Assembly (NCBI GenBank): GCA_965250195.1
Contig: OZ252295.1
Span: 1,295,212-1,359,211 of the forward strand
Source: Dehalococcoidia bacterium
GTDB taxonomy: Bacteria; Chloroflexota; Dehalococcoidia; Lucifugimonadales; UBA2962
Reading direction: 5' to 3'
DNA: 64,000 bases
Shown here: piece by piece, positions 62,822 to 64,000 of the stretch
How the letters are laid out: every line of letters begins with the position of its first letter
Position numbering within the stretch: the first letter of the stretch is position 1
Made by a program: the position numbers and the translations under genes
Notes under the pieces: generated by a model
Seen by the model: the letters and a program-made list of their open reading frames with translations, nothing else
What the model was told of the DNA's origin: nothing
Databases searched by the model: none

Positions 62822-63228
62822 TGGCAGGCGTGAAAAACAACGGCGCGCGCTGGGTGAGTCAGGCCGCACGCGACCTGGGCGACGCCGGTTACCTGCGCGA
62901 CGGAGGTCGGCACAACACGGCCTGCTTCATGGCTCACCAGGCCGCGGTCAAGGCGTTAACCGGCTACCTGTACGTCGAGGGTGCCGAGGCCGTGTGGGGC
63001 TCGTCCGTCGCCGACCTGTGCGAGGACGCGGGCGTCTTCGACCAGAGCTTCTTCACTCTCAAGGCCGACACTGTCTTTCTCGACAAGTATGCGAAGGCGA
63101 CCCTGGCGCCCGACATGCTGCCCGGCGGCATCCCCGCCGACGCTTATGATGACCTCGAATCCGAGCGCGCCGTCGAACTGGCGAGCCAGGTCCTGGCCTT
63201 CGTGTCCGAGCGAACCAGCTCTGCTTGA
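62821..63228 (+). CDS. HEPN domain protein (PF05168-like), conserved polar residues substituted
   Basis: WVSQAARDLGDAGYL...ACFMAHQAAVKALTGYL...FLDKYAKATLAPD...AYDDLESERAVELASQVLAFV follows the HEPN four-helix pattern. Confidence 0.6.
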   Translation: MAGVKNNGARWVSQAARDLGDAGYLRDGGRHNTACFMAHQAAVKALTGYLYVEGAEAVWGSSVADLCEDAGVFDQSFFTLKADTVFLDKYAKATLAPDMLPGGIPADAYDDLESERAVELASQVLAFVSERTSSA

Positions 63229-63283
63229 AGGCCCGTCGGCCCTCGCCTATAGTCCCCTGAAGCACCGAGCACGAGGAGAGAAA

Positions 63284-64000
63284 ATGGTCACCGAGCGCAT
63301 CGCGTACGTAAACGGCGAAATGGTTCCAGAGAGCGAGGCCCGCATCTCCATCAACGACGTCGGCTTCCTTTACGGCGACGCCGTGTTCGACACCACCCGC
63401 ACCTTCAACGGTGAAATATTTAGGCTCACCGAGCACCTCGACCGCTTCTACCGCTCCCTCAAGTACATGCGCGTCGACCCCGGCATGAGCAAGCGGGAGA
63501 TGGCCGACATCACCATGAAAGTGCTGGAGCACAACCTGAAACTGCGGGGAGAGAACGAAGACTACTGGGTCTCCCAGCGCGTCAGTCGCGGCACTCGTAC
63601 CCCCGACGGCCTGACCGGGCCGACCGTCGTGATGGAATGCTTCCCCCTGCCCTTCAAGCAGCGAGCGTCCCTGTACAGGGACGGCATGGCTATGGTCACA
63701 CCCTCCATTCGGCGCACCCCCCCAGAGTCGCAAAGCCCCAGAGCGAAAGTCCACAACTACGTCAACATCGTCCAGGCCGACCTGGAGGTAAAGGCCCAGA
63801 ACCCCGACGCCGTCGCCCTCCTGCTCGACGTCAACGGCAACCTCTGCGAAGGCATGGGCGCCAACATCTTCCTCGTCCGCGACGGGGAGATATACACACC
63901 CCGCGAGCAGTTCATCCTCGCCGGAATATCCCGCAGCGTGGCCATAGAGATGGCGCACGAGTTGGCCATACCCATGCACGAGGCCGACCTCGACCTTTAC
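63284..64000 (+). CDS. Class IV aminotransferase (branched-chain amino acid / D-amino acid aminotransferase), 3' end outside the window
   Basis: My own translation from ATG 63284 (AGGAGAG Shine-Dalgarno 4 nt upstream): MVTERIAYVNGEMVPESEARISINDVGFLYGDAVFDTTRTFNGEIFRLTEHLDRF...KVHNYVNIVQADLEVK...GNLCEGMGANIFLV...GISR. It stays open to the window end and is not in the ORF track because no stop codon is reached. Confidence 0.85.
   Translation, partial: MVTERIAYVNGEMVPESEARISINDVGFLYGDAVFDTTRTFNGEIFRLTEHLDRFYRSLKYMRVDPGMSKREMADITMKVLEHNLKLRGENEDYWVSQRVSRGTRTPDGLTGPTVVMECFPLPFKQRASLYRDGMAMVTPSIRRTPPESQSPRAKVHNYVNIVQADLEVKAQNPDAVALLLDVNGNLCEGMGANIFLVRDGEIYTPREQFILAGISRSVAIEMAHELAIPMHEADLDLY

Noticed and set aside
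1-64000. Mobile elements, prophage, CRISPR-Cas and classical defence islands (restriction-modification systems, toxin-antitoxin systems other than the MNT/HEPN pair)
   Set aside because: No integrase, transposase, recombinase, terminal inverted repeats, direct-repeat-flanked segments or cas/RM-type motifs were seen in any frame. Composition is uniform except for short promoter-bearing spacers.

Overview
GC-rich, very gene-dense bacterial chromosomal window: about 60 protein genes, many 1-8 nt start/stop overlaps and frequent GTG/TTG starts. I found no rRNA, tRNA, CRISPR array, transposase or integrase. Most of it is housekeeping. This includes pyrG (3' end), transaldolase, rho, hrcA-dnaJ-prmA, der-plsY-gpsA, an OTCase-family gene, panB-panC, an lpd-pdhABC 2-oxoacid dehydrogenase operon and thyX. 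It also includes gyrB, a cysteine-synthase-like gene followed by ligA-recF, dinB plus two tag paralogs, and fmt. One clear cis-regulatory RNA is present: a cobalamin riboswitch ahead of a btuFCD-like ABC importer fused to cobQ. F420-type enzymes (LLM, PPOX), ThyX, LprG/MFS and a sortase-like sorting signal are compatible with a high-GC monoderm-type lineage (Chloroflexota or Actinomycetota-like); this is an inference, not a determination. Five regions deserve a second look. (1) A signal-less DUF1800-DUF1501-NHL-propeller trio is translationally chained to a MNT/HEPN pair that appears to have lost its catalytic residues (58.8-63.2 kb). (2) A six-gene ECF-sigma envelope module runs SigK/RskA-like pair, then an RskA-ectodomain paralog with an LSNTG sorting signal, then an LprG-like lipoprotein, an MFS transporter and a TlpA-like protein (28.1-34.2 kb). 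(3) A surface-layer-like locus has a 1002-aa acidic Thr/Asp-rich protein behind a long leader, plus a PT-linker protein with an unusual Cys-containing C-terminal anchor (2.5-6.9 kb). (4) An orphan form-II CoxL-like molybdoenzyme sits next to CoxD, but its CoxE-like partner is 6.5 kb away and no CoxM/CoxS is present. (5) recF probably uses an ATT start codon. All functional calls come from reading motifs in the supplied translations. No database search was run.
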